This document shows, piece after piece, positions 1 through 14,289 of a DNA stretch of 64,000 nt. The DNA comes from Azolla caroliniana (Eukaryota; Plantae; Polypodiophyta), in the NCBI GenBank assembly GCA_043228905.1, contig JBHGNT010000011.1, positions 4,340,001 through 4,404,000 on the forward strand. The letters run 5' to 3'. Made by a program: the position numbers and the translations under genes. A model generated the notes under the pieces. The model was not told the DNA's origin and did no database searches. It was given only the letters and a program-made list of their open reading frames with translations. Position 1 is the stretch's first letter. Each line of letters opens with the position of its first letter.

Positions 1-204
1 GGGTGGTTGGGACTTGTGATCACAATTAAACATTTCGAGGTGAGGAAGATCTGTGGGGAGCTGTCCTTGTTGGTTGGATTCCCATCCCCACCCTCATTCT
101 TTGCATGACACTATATGATGTATGTATGGTTTTTGTTCGTTGCTTGTAAAAGTGGTCACACACAACTAGACGAGGCAATTTGTCTATTTTTTATTCTTTT
201 TATG

Positions 205-316
205 CATGTATGTGTGTATGTATGTATGTGTGTATGTATGTGTGTATGTATGTATGTATGTATGTATGTATGTATGTATGTATGTATGTATGTTTGTATG
301 TTTGTATGTATGTATG
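205..316. repeat. (TATG)n/(TGTG) microsatellite
   Basis: Continuous tatg/tgtg tetramer run. It also explains the spurious MYVC/IHTY ORFs at 115-366. Confidence 0.95.
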
Positions 317-513
317 ACCCAAGGTACGGGGAGATCATAACATTTGTTTTGCTCTCAACTTATTAGTTTCACGTACAATGAATGACAATGTTGTTGTAAA
401 AGAATAAACTCCACGAAGACATTCATCAAGCTGACATTTTACCTCTTACATCTGCATACATATCTTTTGAATGCAATTCTTGAGTGTTTTCGATCCGAAA
501 GTTTTGTGATGAG

Positions 514-906
514 AAAAACAAGACTTTGGTCTTAGAAGACGTAAATATATCTTTGTTTCTTTGAGGGGGGGGGGGACCTAATTAAGCCTTCTTTTCTTGG
601 AGGATTTTTAAAAATAAATAAATGAAAATAAGTAATCCTTCTTTTGGGGGGGTTATTTATTTTTCTTTTTGTCTCGTTATTATTTTCTTTTTCTTTAGAT
701 GAAAAAAAAAAAAACAAGACTTTGGTCTTAGAAGACGTTAATATATCTTTGTTTCTTTGAGGGGGGGGACCTAATTAAGCCTTCTTTTCTTGGAGGATTT
801 TTAAAAATAAATAAATGAAAATAAGTAATCCTTCTTTTGGGGGGGGTTATTTATTTTTCTTTTTGTCTCGTTATTATTTTCTTTTTCTTTAGATGAAAAA
901 AAAAAA
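514..906. repeat. ~195-bp tandem duplication (2 copies)
   Basis: aaaacaagactttggtcttagaagacgt...gatgaaaaaaa occurs at ~514-713 and ~710-906. The copies differ mainly in G and A homopolymer lengths. Confidence 0.92.
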
Positions 907-1035
907 TTGCTAATTATTTTGAACAAGTAAACAAATAAAAAAAACGCGAAAAAATAAATATGAAATAAAGTTCGATTTCCTTTCTAATTTTCTCCATTTC
1001 GCAAAGCCTCCTTTTGACAGAGTCAACGCCGTTTT

Positions 1036-1096
1036 TTTGGCGCGAAAACCCGTCTCATACGCTACGTGTCGGCCCGAGAGATCCCCGCTGACGTCA
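1036..1096. promoter_or_regulatory. Putative promoter element cluster (overlapping double E2F site, ACGT G-box/ABRE, TGACGTCA)
   Basis: TTTGGCGCGAAA at 1036-1047 (E2F consensus TTTSSCGC on both strands), ACGTGTC at 1064-1070 and TGACGTCA at 1089-1096, all in a short CpG-retaining island within AT-rich DNA. No linked CDS was found in the window. Confidence 0.45.
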
Positions 1097-1299
1097 TCTT
1101 CCGCAGATTCCTTCCTTTTCTCTCTCAAAATTTGTGGAAGAAAAAGAAAAACACACAAAAAAAGAAGAAGAAGAAGAAGCTAGAATTATGATAAAAAGTT
1201 AAATTAAATTAAATTAAATTAAACCCTTCGGTTTCTTGTGAGCCTCATGATTATAATTTATATTTTATTTATTTGGTTTTTGGAGCCCATTCACATGCT

Positions 1300-1330
<31 letters not shown>

Positions 1331-4300
1331 GGGCATTTGTTAATGAAGTATTGGGCATACAAGATCATTTTCCATCAATTGATGATTTAACAAATTTGTC
1401 ATTTTAATTATTGTTTTTAGTTTTCTTTTTTTGTACATGGCCTTCATGCGAGCATCAAGGAACTATTGACTCTAATTGATTGGTTAACGTGATATGTGTA
1501 GTTGAGTCATCAACATAAGTAACCCCCCAAGGTTTAGGCCCATTGGCTGGCTACTCTTGCTTTATGCCTTATAGAAGTGGCAGTGCACACTTTGAGATAA
1601 GAGTTGTACCCTTCCTACAAGAGAGGGAGGCGAGTGACATGTTAATAACATGAAGGAAAAATAAGGACATGCTATACAATAGATGAAGTCGCCCATTTAT
1701 ATGGATTACCTCTAGATCTAAGTATAGATGATAACATCCAATTTCCAAACCACCAACCATATAGTGGTTGACACACCCCATTTTAATTGGTCGAGAGATG
1801 GCCCTTAAATTTGTCTTCACCAATGTGTGCTTACAGCTTTTTGGCCAAGTCATGAACTTTCCTCTACTATGTAAGATAGAGGCCAAATGTTAAATTGCAA
1901 AAACTTAAATAATCTTCAAGACAAAAGCATCACGTGAGCCTATAAACTAAAATTGATGACCGTATCCTAGCCATCAAAATAGCTTGGGGAAGGAACATAA
2001 GAAAGATCTAGGCCTGGCTATACAAATTTCCTTGGCTTGGAAGATTCTTGGAAGAAGTTACGTCATGTTCTGGGAGTGGTGACTAAAGAAACCTTTAATT
2101 GTTGCACATTACATAAAGGTGAATGTAATGTGAAGCTGTGGTGAGATGATTTTTGAGGCATGTAAGCCATGTGAGTCTCTTGATATTGAAAAGCTTGTAA
2201 ATTACCCTTCACTTCAGAGTTGGCACCTTTCAATGTTTTCACTACTATTGAATGCAAAAGAAAACAAGATGTTGCATGCTGAAGTTGATAACATGTAAAC
2301 ATAATCTTTATACGCCCATCATCGTTATAAATTAAATGTACATGTAGATGTAGAGTAACCTTAAGGTTGTAGTTTGAAGTCTAGAGCGATGAGTCTAATA
2401 TTAATGGTTCCTTGTAAAAAAGGCATGTGCTTTAAAATTACTACTTGAGTGGCAACTAATAATTGCATTTCAATTTCATTACCCACAAACCAATGGTTGA
2501 AAACGACAACATTCACTAATGGTGACCCGAAAAGAGGCCATTGCTTATAGGCACTTGGCTCAATTTGATGGCATCCTTTGAAGTTACGATCAAAAACTAG
2601 GCAAGGTTTTTGAAAGCATTTGCTTCGTTTGACGAGCTTTGATTATGAAACTCATTACTTTATACAAGATGGTTGAATGATGAGAGACCAAAAGCATTTA
2701 TTAAAACATATCTCTCACTAGTCGATAATTCAATAAGCACGTAACCACTTTCATACATCAAAATATCCTAAGGTTCACAAACAAACTTTTGAGAACATAA
2801 GGCTCCCTCTATTATTATTTGTAGCTTCTATGATCATCTACCAATCAATGGAAAGTGCTAGAGACAAGGAATACAAAAATAAGGTTATACAAAAGTTGCC
2901 AAATGATTGTCCATATCTTCCTAGTAACATGTATCCACTATATTTAATATAAGGCAAAAAGTGCTCGGAACTTGAGATCATCGGCGATATATCCAAGAAG
3001 ATATACCTACACTACCCATATATTGACTGCATTTTGGATTTAAAATAGTTCTTCTTGAAGGATGCTACTAAAGCAAAGAAATCAAGGTCTCTAAAGGTGT
3101 GCATCCCTTATTGTTTTGAAGTTGAGCTAGGGATCACAGAGAATTATCGAATAAGAGGAAATGAAGATTACATCACCCCATCTTCATTATTGTACAACAA
3201 GGACGGATGAAATCGAGTGTGATATATACGAGTGATTCGTTTCACATTATTGCGTCATTTCTGAAAATACATTGCTTGGTTTTGTTTTCGCGATTGGTTC
3301 ATATTGACATGCCAAATTACTCGCTTGCCTAAGTTACTTCATCATAGTCACACTCAACATACATCACCTACTAGAAAAATGTATATTATATCCTCAACAA
3401 TATTATGATCAGTAAAGAAACATGTACTGTCGATTTTCCATACCCCTCGAGTATTTTTCGAAAGACCTCTATTTTCTAACAAGAATTTATTTGTCAGTAT
3501 TATGCAGAAGATCTTCATGTACCATTCAAAGTCTCATCCACAAAGATTTACCTACCTATTTTTAATATGGAAATCATTGCTATTGACTTGTTAGGAGGAA
3601 AAGTAAGATCATACACAACAAAAAGACTTCTTGTATGCACTTTGTCCAAAAAAGAAAGAAAGCAACACCAAATAAATTTGAAAGGTATTGTCAAGCCGAC
3701 ATGACCAATTAAAACTAGTGAATATCATGTGTAGCTTATTTGGGATTATACATGGTGGCCAAAGAGGGAAGAACTGAGCACTCAAGACATAGACAAAAAC
3801 CACATGCGGTATTACGAATCATAATCTTTCAACAATTATATAAATGCATAAGCATGAAGGTCCCATGGACTTGGAGGCAGTGCCCACATCCTAACATTGT
3901 GATATGAGGACATGGAGCTAAAAATACTTCAAATTTTATGACTTCGATTACATATGACTCATGAACAAAATCAAAGCAACTGCAAATGTGAAGAAAGTGG
4001 TTGCAAATATGAAGAAAGTGGCAATCCAAAATGCTCACTGCAAACTTTGGTTACAACTTCATGGGATTCTTTTTATACACATAATCTCCGATCGATATAA
4101 TCGAAACTTGCCCATGGTTATGAAGATGTCCACAATCAACCATTTGTCTCGACATGTTGGTGAATATGCACGAATGTGAACCAGTCCAATACACATGTGT
4201 GCGAAGGTATGGATAAGCAGCATCGAGATATACAACAAGCCACTTTCACAAGAATGTAAAAAGCAAGGAATGTGTATATGCATGTGTAGATCACCCCCTC

Positions 4301-5105
4301 CAAAGCTCCATTACACACACACACACACACACTCACTTGGAATGTGCAAATGAATGATGATGCATGACAAGCCAAAACAAAAAAGGAAGAAGAAGAAAGA
4401 AAGGGTTGGGGTGTCGCGTGATCCATGAAGGATAAAGGCTTCCATAAATTCAACCTTATTTATTGACTCCAACGATTTATTTTATTGATTTACTAGATAT
4501 TTGTTTAAGAAAACAAAAAAAAACCTTCAAATCACAGTAATTTTCAATTTTGACTCCAAAAGAAAAGTGTGTATTTTCCAGAAATATTACTAAAAGCAAT
4601 AAAATAAATTATTACAAAAATTATATTTACTAAAAGGGACTAATATATGAGGTATAATATTTTATTTATTAAATATTTCATAATAATAATAAATATAAGG
4701 AGGTGAACAAGTCTTTATTACTATGTTGGTATTTTTGGTAACTTATTGTTAATTATTCAATAAATAATAGTATCAAAGAAGCCCATATGAATGATGTGAA
4801 GAGGGTTTACACTATAACATACCATGCATACATGTATATGTGTATGTATTGCATGTATATGTGTATGTATGTATGTGTGTGTGTGGAAGAGTTTGTGTTT
4901 ATATGGTGTAACCCACCAAAGGAGGAAGAGAGAAAGAGAAGAGAAAGCCTTTTCTCCTCCCATCATCTGCTTTGCTTCTTGTCTTCCTTCTACTTCATCT
5001 CATCATCACCATTTTCTACTACTACTGCTCCCTTGTGATTATCCATCAATCTATCCATCAATCAATCTATCTATTGCAATCTATAATTTGGTTTGCTATA
5101 TAATA

Positions 5106-6106
5106 ATGCCTACCCCTCGTGCTGCTGAAGCTGCTCTACGTAATTCATCGCCCGTCGCGAACCGTGTGAATTTGTCGAATTTGGCCATCATCGACCTCTC
5201 CGCCACTTCCAATGTCCATCGCACCGCCTCCACCCTAAGAAAGGTTCAATACATAACCCCTCATCACCATCGTATCACGGTCATCCGTGTATCGTGAACC
5301 TCCTCTCCTCGTTATGATTATTACATATCACTAATGAAGGAGATCCATCTCAAATTGCTTCTATAATATTATTATTTATACTTGGGGATTTCTTTTAGTA
5401 GCTAGTAATCTCACACACAACAACTTTTTTCCCAATCAGATTATTCCTAAATGCTTTAAATTAGGATGCCCCCTCGACAACATTCCCCGACCTCACTTAC
5501 ACTAGCCGGTGTTTTTTTCTTTCCACATTATCAGTTTGGTTTGGACCTCACTACGCTTAATCTCAATTGCTAATCATTTCTTTATCATAAATGGGGTTAC
5601 AAAATTGCAAGCATTGCTTTGACAGTGCAAAATGTTGTGCTTAATCTCAATTGCTAATCATTCCCCTAATCATAAATGGGGTTACAAAATTGCAAGCATT
5701 GCTTTGATAGTGCAAAATGTTGTGGAATCGACATATATCATCAATCTACGATTCGAAGGGATGGGGTAATTACAAATGAATTTATAGGATCTAGAACAAT
5801 CATGTATTGGGAAACTACTTCTCTTAGTGGGGGTCTATTGCGATGCATTTGCCCTTCTTCACTTCGCTCATATAATTTGTGCGAAAAGTCTGATAGCTTT
5901 CATACTGTAATCCAGTGGCAGATGTGGCTATCTTTGTCCTAATCCGCTTGTTAATTCGATAATTATTGGCCCTAATCCGCTCCTTTATGTACATTTACAC
6001 AACATAAACGTTGAACCAGGTAGCGAAATTTTACCCCGACACACCCTGAGACTTGTGAGAAATCTTTGGGAATCTATCTATCTATCTATCTATCTACCTA
6101 TCTATC

Positions 6107-6150
<44 letters not shown>

Positions 6151-9100
6151 ACTGTATTAATGTTGGAATTTTGGAATTTTCTCTCTAGATCGGCCTGTAT
6201 TAATGCATACTAATATTCATGTTGAGACCTAATTCATTACTGGCACTGAACAGGCATGCTTAGACTCTGGGTTCTTCTATGTGATCAATCATGGGGTGGA
6301 GCACATCGACCACGTGTTTGCACAGAGTCGTGGATTCTTTACCATGCCCATCGACGAGAAAATGAAGGTGGTCCGTAACAAGAAGAATCGAGGTTATACT
6401 CCGATGGAGCACGAGACTTTGGATCCCGCCAAGCAAACAAAAGGTATATACGGGCTTACGACATTAGGACACTAGGAAGGGTTGCATTTAAACAAGCTCC
6501 ATTTATCGATCGAATCCTGTCGCATCGAGCTGGCATATCCATGTTTTTTGGATATGATTAGGGTTTACTGATTGCATTGCTTGTTTAGGTTTTCAGAGTT
6601 GGTTTATCAATTTAATCATATCCATGTTTTTGGATATATGATTAGGGTTTCATGATAGCATTGCTTTTTTAGCTTTTCAAGTTGGTTTTACTTTCATACA
6701 TGGAGAAGAGCCCATGTTCTTCCTCATCATTGCAAAATCATTACAATATCTAATACTTTTTTTGTTCCTTGATAATAATTAATAGGAAAAAAGGTTATGG
6801 TGATTTTCTTTCCTAGTTTAGTAAAAATGAAAAACCAATGAATATTCAATTCTTGCATTATCCATTTCTTCTCTTTTCTGATTCAAAGTTAAAATAATTG
6901 TTTACTTTTGTTTTGTTAATCAAGAATTTGTTTACATATTTTGTGCTGATTTTATCCTTGGCGAAAAAAAAGAGCAATAAATAAATATGTTGCTTTCTGC
7001 TTTTGCTTTTTTTCTGTTTTTCGTAAGCTTGCAAGGTTATAACAATAATCACTCTTAAAAATGATTAATTATTTATTTATAGAACAAACAAACACATATT
7101 TTTTATTTTTAATAGGAAAATTAAATAAATGAATTTGTTTTGCTAGTCATTGTTTTTGTTTTTTTACTTGTTTTTAAAATGTTAAAATGATCATTTTTTA
7201 AGGTGATTGTAAGGAGGGATTCTACATTGGACCAGAAATGAAGGATGAAGAGAGCGAGATTTGGTCACCCAAGCCTTTCCATGGACCCAACCAATGGCCT
7301 TCCAAAGGTGTGTACATAAAACCCAATACAAATACAAGTTGTTGGTTCTTTCTAGATCATTAACATGTGAAATATTGAACCGAAACAAATATCCTCTCTT
7401 TAAATTTAATGTTAGATTTGTTACCTGGATGGAGAGAGACTATGGAGAAGTATTACGAGCAAATATTGTAAGTTCTCAATCCATGTTGATTGTCTTAGTT
7501 TACTCGTTTGATGTGCATGTAATCATATTATGAGATTATGAGATTATGAGATAATGCAACAACTTTGTAGGCATTCTCATAGGATAACTATGACATGGTG
7601 TCTCTGGTGTTTCCCCCGTTGCTATAGTATAAATATCTCCAACCGACACGACTTAATAGTAACTTTAGAACCTGGCATCTTTTACTAACCAAGCCAAGCA
7701 CCCTTTTTATGAATACAAACGTTGTTTCGAACCCTTTTGGTAGAACAATGATGTGGCCTAGTATGTGCCAAATGTTGTTTAATGTGATAGATACAAATGA
7801 TATAGGAATCCTCAAATAAAGGAATAACTTAAAGGTGTCAATGTTTCCTTATCCTAGTACTGGACTAGGATACATGTTGATGGAGTCATTTTTTTAATTA
7901 CATCCCATTAAATTGATAGGTTTTTTGGAATTGTCAAATGATTCGCAGGAGGGCAGGGAAGAAAATCACAAGGCTACTCGCCTTAGCACTTGATTTAGAG
8001 ATCGATTACTTTGAAAGGTCGGGGATTATGGATTCACCCATGGCCTACATTCGATTATTGCACTATTCGGGTAATTTTTACACAAATCAACAATTCGACT
8101 AAGGCTAGAGTTTAGGACATTATATTAGAACTCTTAAAGGTGAAGACCTTGAAATTGTTAATACATAACTTATCAAAATGGAATGATTTAAGATGAGGGA
8201 ATGAATCAGTAGGTTTCAATCAATGTAGGTGAGGTTTCAAACCCAAATGAAGGGATTTATGGAGCTGGAGCTCATTCCGACTATGGCATGATTACACTAT
8301 TAGCAACTGATGGGGTGCCAGGCTTACAAGTATTGAATTTGTTTACATGCATTTTCCTTTAAACGTTGCATGCATTATTCATTTTGAAGTAGGCAATAGT
8401 GTGGTCTCATCACACAATTTCTCATGTTTAGATTTGCAAGAATAAAGATGCTTCTCCCCAAGTGTGGGAAGATGTTCCAGCTATTAAGGGGTGAGTAATT
8501 ATGAGCACCATTTCTTTTTCACATTCAATTAATAATACATTGGAGTGATTATAAAGGTGGGTACTACCACGCTAAGTGATTTTAGGTCAACAATGTTATT
8601 GCATTGCCACGTCTTCAAATCATTGCTTGTATCTTGACAACGTGGGGAAATATTGTAAATAACCCTTTTATGTGGAGTAATGTCACATGTATAGCCATAG
8701 AACATCTCATAATATAGTAAATATCCATTTTGACTGTTGGATATTTACAATATTATAAGATGTACTAGAACTATTAAGAAAAGTAAAGAGTAGAGGCAAA
8801 GCGTGTAGGGAAGGTTAGGGCAAAATAATAGTGGGATGGGTCACCTCTCCAGGATTCCTTATGTTGCACCCATTTTGAATCTTTGACTAAATAAATTTTG
8901 TGCGTCCATACACCCTGACACATGGTGGACAAACAATCTTTACCTAAATTGATGATTTTGAATAAGAAATGTCTAAAACTTTGCCTTGGTTTGCATTATA
9001 TAATGGTATTAGATTGCTTTTATTAATGACAACTCTCAAATGACTTTTTAAAGATTGTGTGCTTCACTTCTACTTGTTCTAGCCCTTTTACTAAGGTCTA

Positions 9101-10790
9101 GAGATTAGGATTAAGAAAAGTATATATCTAGTCTTCCTATAATTTTGAGCAAGGGTAATTTTGATATTTTAAGAATTATCCCATATTACTAGGGGTATCT
9201 ATAATATTGTCTGATTATGTTACTATTAGTCAATACAATAATGTTCTAGGAATTTGGCATGATTTAATTTTATTTGATATTTTGAATAGGGCCTTCGTTG
9301 TAAACTTGGGTGATATGCTCGAGCGATGGACCAATGGCCAATTCAGGTCTCTCTCTCTCTCTCTCATCTATGTGTGTGGGCATTTGTAAACACATTGTTT
9401 CTTTTTTAACTCTCTAGTTTAGTTTCTTTACAACATGTCAATCATAAGCATTCAATAGTAATGTGTAAGTGCACCCATCACATTCTTGAGACTCATAAAA
9501 AAATATTTACAACACATTGATAGCGAGCATTCAATTACAAGACATAAATATGCGCTATATCACGAGAAACATTAGTAACATATAAAAGAGATTAGCAAAA
9601 GGGCAAATCTAAATAGCCGATATTATTCTCATCAAGAATATGCGCAACTATATCACGAGAAACATTAGTAACATATAAAAGAGATTAGCAAAAGGGAAAA
9701 TCTAAATAGTCGATATTATTTTCATCAAGAATAATGGACTAAGTACATAGACCATTAGCGAAAGGGCAAACATAAAAAAGCTGAAAGGGCAAACATAAAA
9801 AAGCTGATATGCTTCTCATCAAGAATAATGGAGTAAGTACATAGACCTAATTGCAAATAAACACGAGTGTCCATAGAGCCCAATATCATCAAAGATGGCA
9901 AAGGTCAAAAACCATGAAAAACATTGGCAATTGATGAGCTACGAAGCTCAATCATAGAGGAGACAATAGACATGTACCTTTCTACAAGAAAATTGTTGTG
10001 TGGAACAAGTCTTGAGAGTAGATGATCATGGATTTGTTCTAGTTGTCCATACCATTTATTGAGTAGCTAAAACCATGCATGAGTGCCACATTCACACATA
10101 AGCATGGAAAGATGAGGGGGTAATAATAAATGAATATGAGTTTCTTTGCTAATTGATCAACTTTGTTAAAATTATAGTCACAAAGACGTCCATTCAACGT
10201 CATTCCAATTAGTAATTGTGATTTAATGTAGCCACCATAATCATACTTGACGTGCATTACAATTCGTTTACCACAATGATGGTGTTTGATTTACTTTTCA
10301 TCGACTAAATTTCGTTACTTTGATCACATGAATAGGTCAACGTTACATCGAGTAGTCTTGAATGGACAAGAGAGATACTCGGTAAATTTAACCCCTAGCT
10401 AGATTTTTCATCCCATCCCTTTCTTGTTATATTAAAAATAAGAAGACTGTTTTATTGTATAGATTGCATTCTTCTTGGATCCAAATTTTGATTGCCTCGT
10501 GGAGTGCCTTCCCAACTGTTGCTCAGAGTTGAACCCTCCAAGGTATTCATCGATTGACACTGTTTTACTTTTAAGCTCATCTCTATGCATGCTAGGCTTA
10601 TAATTTTGCTATATGACTCTTGATTAGTTTTTCTTATGATATTGTAACAAAAACACATGGACACGTTTTGTCAAGTTTATATGAGAAGACATGAGCTTAT
10701 GTTTGTAATTTTTTGTGCCCTTGAAGGTATCCTCCAATCACAAGCGGGCATTATTTGATAGAGAAATACAAACTTAGCTATAAGAGTTAA
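5106..10790 (+). CDS. 2-oxoglutarate/Fe(II)-dependent dioxygenase (DIOX_N + 2OG-FeII_Oxy; IPNS-like plant subfamily), 11 exons, 337 aa
   Basis: GT-AG exons with matching phases: 5106-5243, 6254-6443, 7203-7307, 7416-7467, 7949-8070, 8229-8329, 8432-8490, 9290-9346, 10336-10381, 10463-10542, 10727-10790 (1014 nt). Motifs: IIDLS, ACLDSGFFYVINHG, RGYTP, KEGFYIG, GPNQWP, RLLHY, HxD (GAHSDYG), VNLGDMLERWTNG, distal His (STLHRV), RxS (RYS). No internal stops. Confidence 0.95.
5557..5723. repeat. ~84-bp tandem duplication in intron 1 of the 2OG dioxygenase
   Basis: cttaatctcaattgctaatcatt...gcaaaatgttgtg is present twice in tandem. Confidence 0.85.
6077..6148. repeat. (CTAT)n + (TA)n microsatellite in intron 1
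   Basis: Directly visible ctat and ta runs. Confidence 0.9.
9547..9850. repeat. Short tandem duplications in intron 8
   Basis: atatgcgc..tatatcacgagaaacattagtaacatataaaagagattagcaaaaggg..tcatcaagaata occurs twice (~100 bp); gaaagggcaaacataaaaaagct occurs twice. Confidence 0.8.
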
Positions 10791-13700
10791 TGAGTGAAAA
10801 CATTCATCATCACTAGTTGTTCATTCTACTCAAAATTCTTGTACAAAAGGGCTTCTCATCTATTCAAAAATTCCCCTTCCTCCATTCAAAATCTCCAAAG
10901 TACTATTCAAATGTGGAAATGCTTGAACAATGGAGGCGATCCAACTTTATGTACTTCTTATGTAACAAAAATCAAGAGGAGTGGGACAATCTATCAACAT
11001 GGATATTTTACCTTAGGTCTACATAGTTCATGAATCCCTTCTATCACCAAGGGTGCAATATATTAGCTTGAATCAACCCATGTTTCCGTTTTTATTGATA
11101 ATGGATTCTCAAGTATTTTAAATTCAGGGAGAGTGTGTTTTATCCTTTTGTCATGGTTGGCCATACTTTTGTCTTGTATGTGTCCTTCCATAAGTAAAGC
11201 AAAATGTATGGGGACATATTGAATGTTGAGAGCTTTCATTCACTGAAGCCATAAAGCTACAACTAAACTCAATGTTGAATTCTAAACTTTTAATGATGTA
11301 AATGCATTCTTGATGTTTTACATAAAACATTGTTAAGAGTATCTTGTGAATGTGGAAAACAAACCAAACCCTCGAAGAACATGTGTGAACATAGACACAT
11401 GGAATATACAAAATAGATGTAATGTGGAAGGAGGGGGTTGTCCATTAATTTGCATACCTACAAAACTATGTATCCAACACATACCTTTTAATCATTTTCT
11501 ACTTGCATTTCATGCATTTAGTTGGGTTATAGTTTTAGGATATATTTTTATCAATCTCACAAATGTTCATTCTTTTTACACTTTATAAATAGAGTTTTCT
11601 TGTATGTTCTATTTATGAGCACAATACTATTGATATATAATGTCATGAATATGATAATAAGTGATTTATGTGGCATTGGAGTCTCAATGTAGATAGCTAA
11701 AGTGTGTGGTTTTAGGTATATGGAAATAAGAATTAAAATCACTAGATTATAAGAGAAGGCCGCCAAGGTGCCAAAATTCTTGATGGGTGATACTAGAATG
11801 AAACATATCAAGAAGATGGAAAGGGAGAAATGACAAATGTGTTGCAGAAATGACAAATATGTTTTTCGCCTTTATTAACGCATTGATATCCTCGTAAAAG
11901 ATTTGATGGAAGGATGGAGATGTTGCGGATTCAAGGGTTTTCAACAACCAAGGTCAAATGAGACATGCCAAGATGGAAAAGTAGAAATGACAAATGCGTT
12001 TCTACCTACATCTCCATGATTTCTTCCTAAAGGGTGTAATTGAAGGATGGAGACTTCGTAGCAAAAAGAAACCCACTACATAGAAAGTCAGGAGAAAATT
12101 ACGAAACATAACATAACTCTTCACATGGGAGGTTACACTATTGTTGACACACATCAAATCTATTTCGTGGACTCTAATGTTCTACTTCGTCATTTTAGGT
12201 GATCGTACTAGATTACGACATGATACTTGTGTTCTTTTTTCCTTCGTTTAAAGTGGGCTAGTAGTATTAAAGTGGCACGTATTGTTGGGTCGTGCATTAG
12301 ATCCTTTTAGATACGCAGTGGCCCACATTTAACGTATTAGTAGAAAATGTCTCGTAAAATAATAGTTCAAATCACATGATCACATCATTTTCATTGATAT
12401 TTGATTGCTTGTGATGCTGAAATTGAAGGCACACTTATAGAATTGAATGTCTTCATAGCATGATATTATAGCTCATTTCGAACTTTACACATTGGTCCAT
12501 TGGTTCCACCCCACATCGCCCATATCCAACACATGTGCATCAAATAAATATTTCATTAATATCCTTTTCTTTATTGGGCATCATACACAAGAGAGTGTGA
12601 GGTGCTTTTCAAATAAAAAAGACAGCTTTCTTATTATTATTATGGGGTTGTCTACATGTATACATCTCTAGAATAATGATCCTCACTTTGGAGCTCATGC
12701 GTTTTAAAAGCAACATTGACATGTAATTTGTACATCACTAGAATTTTGGAATGACAAAGGTCTTCTTTTATAATGTGTTTGAAGTTTTTTCTTTTTCTAA
12801 GAGTTTTACTGTACCAAGAAACCTATTATTATCTTCCAACGTTGACATCACACTTGCTAGAATATAACTCACAATATATTGTTGCTCATTGACTATAAGT
12901 TAGGGACCCAAGATTGTTTTGGCAATTGAGTCGTATCAAAGATCTAAAGCAATGTCTTTGGGGGTCAAATGAACAGATGACAATGCTAATGCAAATATAC
13001 TCTTCAAATGTAAACACCAAACTGGCGCGTAGAAAGTGAAGCATGCATGAAAAAGTGTGCGAATAGAACACGTAAAAGGAACAAAGGCATGAAAAAATAA
13101 TGTAACCAAAGATGCATACAAAGAAAACTATGCCACCGAGAATCCGATATATTTCCAGGACATGGTTTAGTTTATTATGAAAATGTTGTCCCGTGAATCC
13201 GTAAGCTTTACACAATTTTGGTTGAAGAAGGATCCTGCAAGAAGGCAAATATCATCTTGTGGCCATAAATCTACGAAATCCACAAAACAAAAGCAACACA
13301 TTTCTTTTCACTTTAAAGCAGCCAGTGAACGACAAAATCTTCGATGAATCATTGGCGAGAAAATGCTTAGCACTTTCCGAAACTTCACCCTCGCTTCAAG
13401 TGTGAATAACCATGCTTTCTTACACATAGACAATTCGAGGATACCGTTTTTGGAAGGGTCTTTTTTTGTTTCTTCTTTCCACACACCGGGACACCATTTG
13501 GTATGTATATTGCCAATGATCGGGTCATGCTTATATATAGTCTCTCTGAATGCTGAGCTAAAATTCCAGTATACATCCTAAGTAATGGGAAAGTAGCTTC
13601 TTTTTGGAAAAAAATCGACTATATGTGTCTCTATATACGATTGGTTTGAGATATTGTCGCTTAAAATACCGCTAAAATTGCCGAATATGCCAAGTGTTTG

Positions 13701-14289
13701 AAGAAGGTCTCCTCCTCCACACCATAGAATACCTCCAAATGTGGTCATTTTTCATTTTGATCTTCATTGCTTGGTGGTGCTTTGAGCTCTAAAGAAAGGA
13801 AAACAAATTCAATTAAAATCTTATGAATATCAAAGGCTACATATATATTGTTATTATGGTTTAGATAGCAGATTAGCAGCCATTTTGTTGTAACTGCAAT
13901 GTAATGTAATGATATGTATAGTTCCACAATTATGAGACATAACAGATTTAAGAAAGAAAGAGTGGCCCGAAAACGTACTTCCTGATTCTTAATCCATTCC
14001 AATAACTCTACTTAAAAGCCCCCCATTAATCCCTCAAGATTGCCCTAATTAGACACCTAAACTGGTAACATTTTACTTCCTGATTATTAATCCATTCCGG
14101 CAAGTCTGCTTAAATACCCCAATTTCTCTTTTACCAGGTTTCGTGATTAGTCCATCTCCAGTCACTCTAATTTTAAACCACCGATTCATTGTTTCCATGA
14201 TTAATATGATTTATTCGATAAACACCCAATTTATCATTTCCACAGGTATACTTCAAGCTCTAACATTAAGGGATTGGATGGGTATGATT

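Noticed and set aside
115-366. ORFs 115-366 (+), 156-338 (-) and similar ones at 4757-5038
   Set aside because: These are translations of TATG microsatellites. Only the part of ORF 4824-5297 from 5106 to 5243 is a real exon.
1500-4300. Possible very old TE remnants (faint copia-RT-like RPDLSY trace near 2010, minus strand)
   Set aside because: Too degenerate to assign a family or boundaries by eye.
12880-13740. Possible decayed coding sequence on the minus strand
   Set aside because: There are open stretches in several frames but no motif I can recognise; it needs BLASTX.
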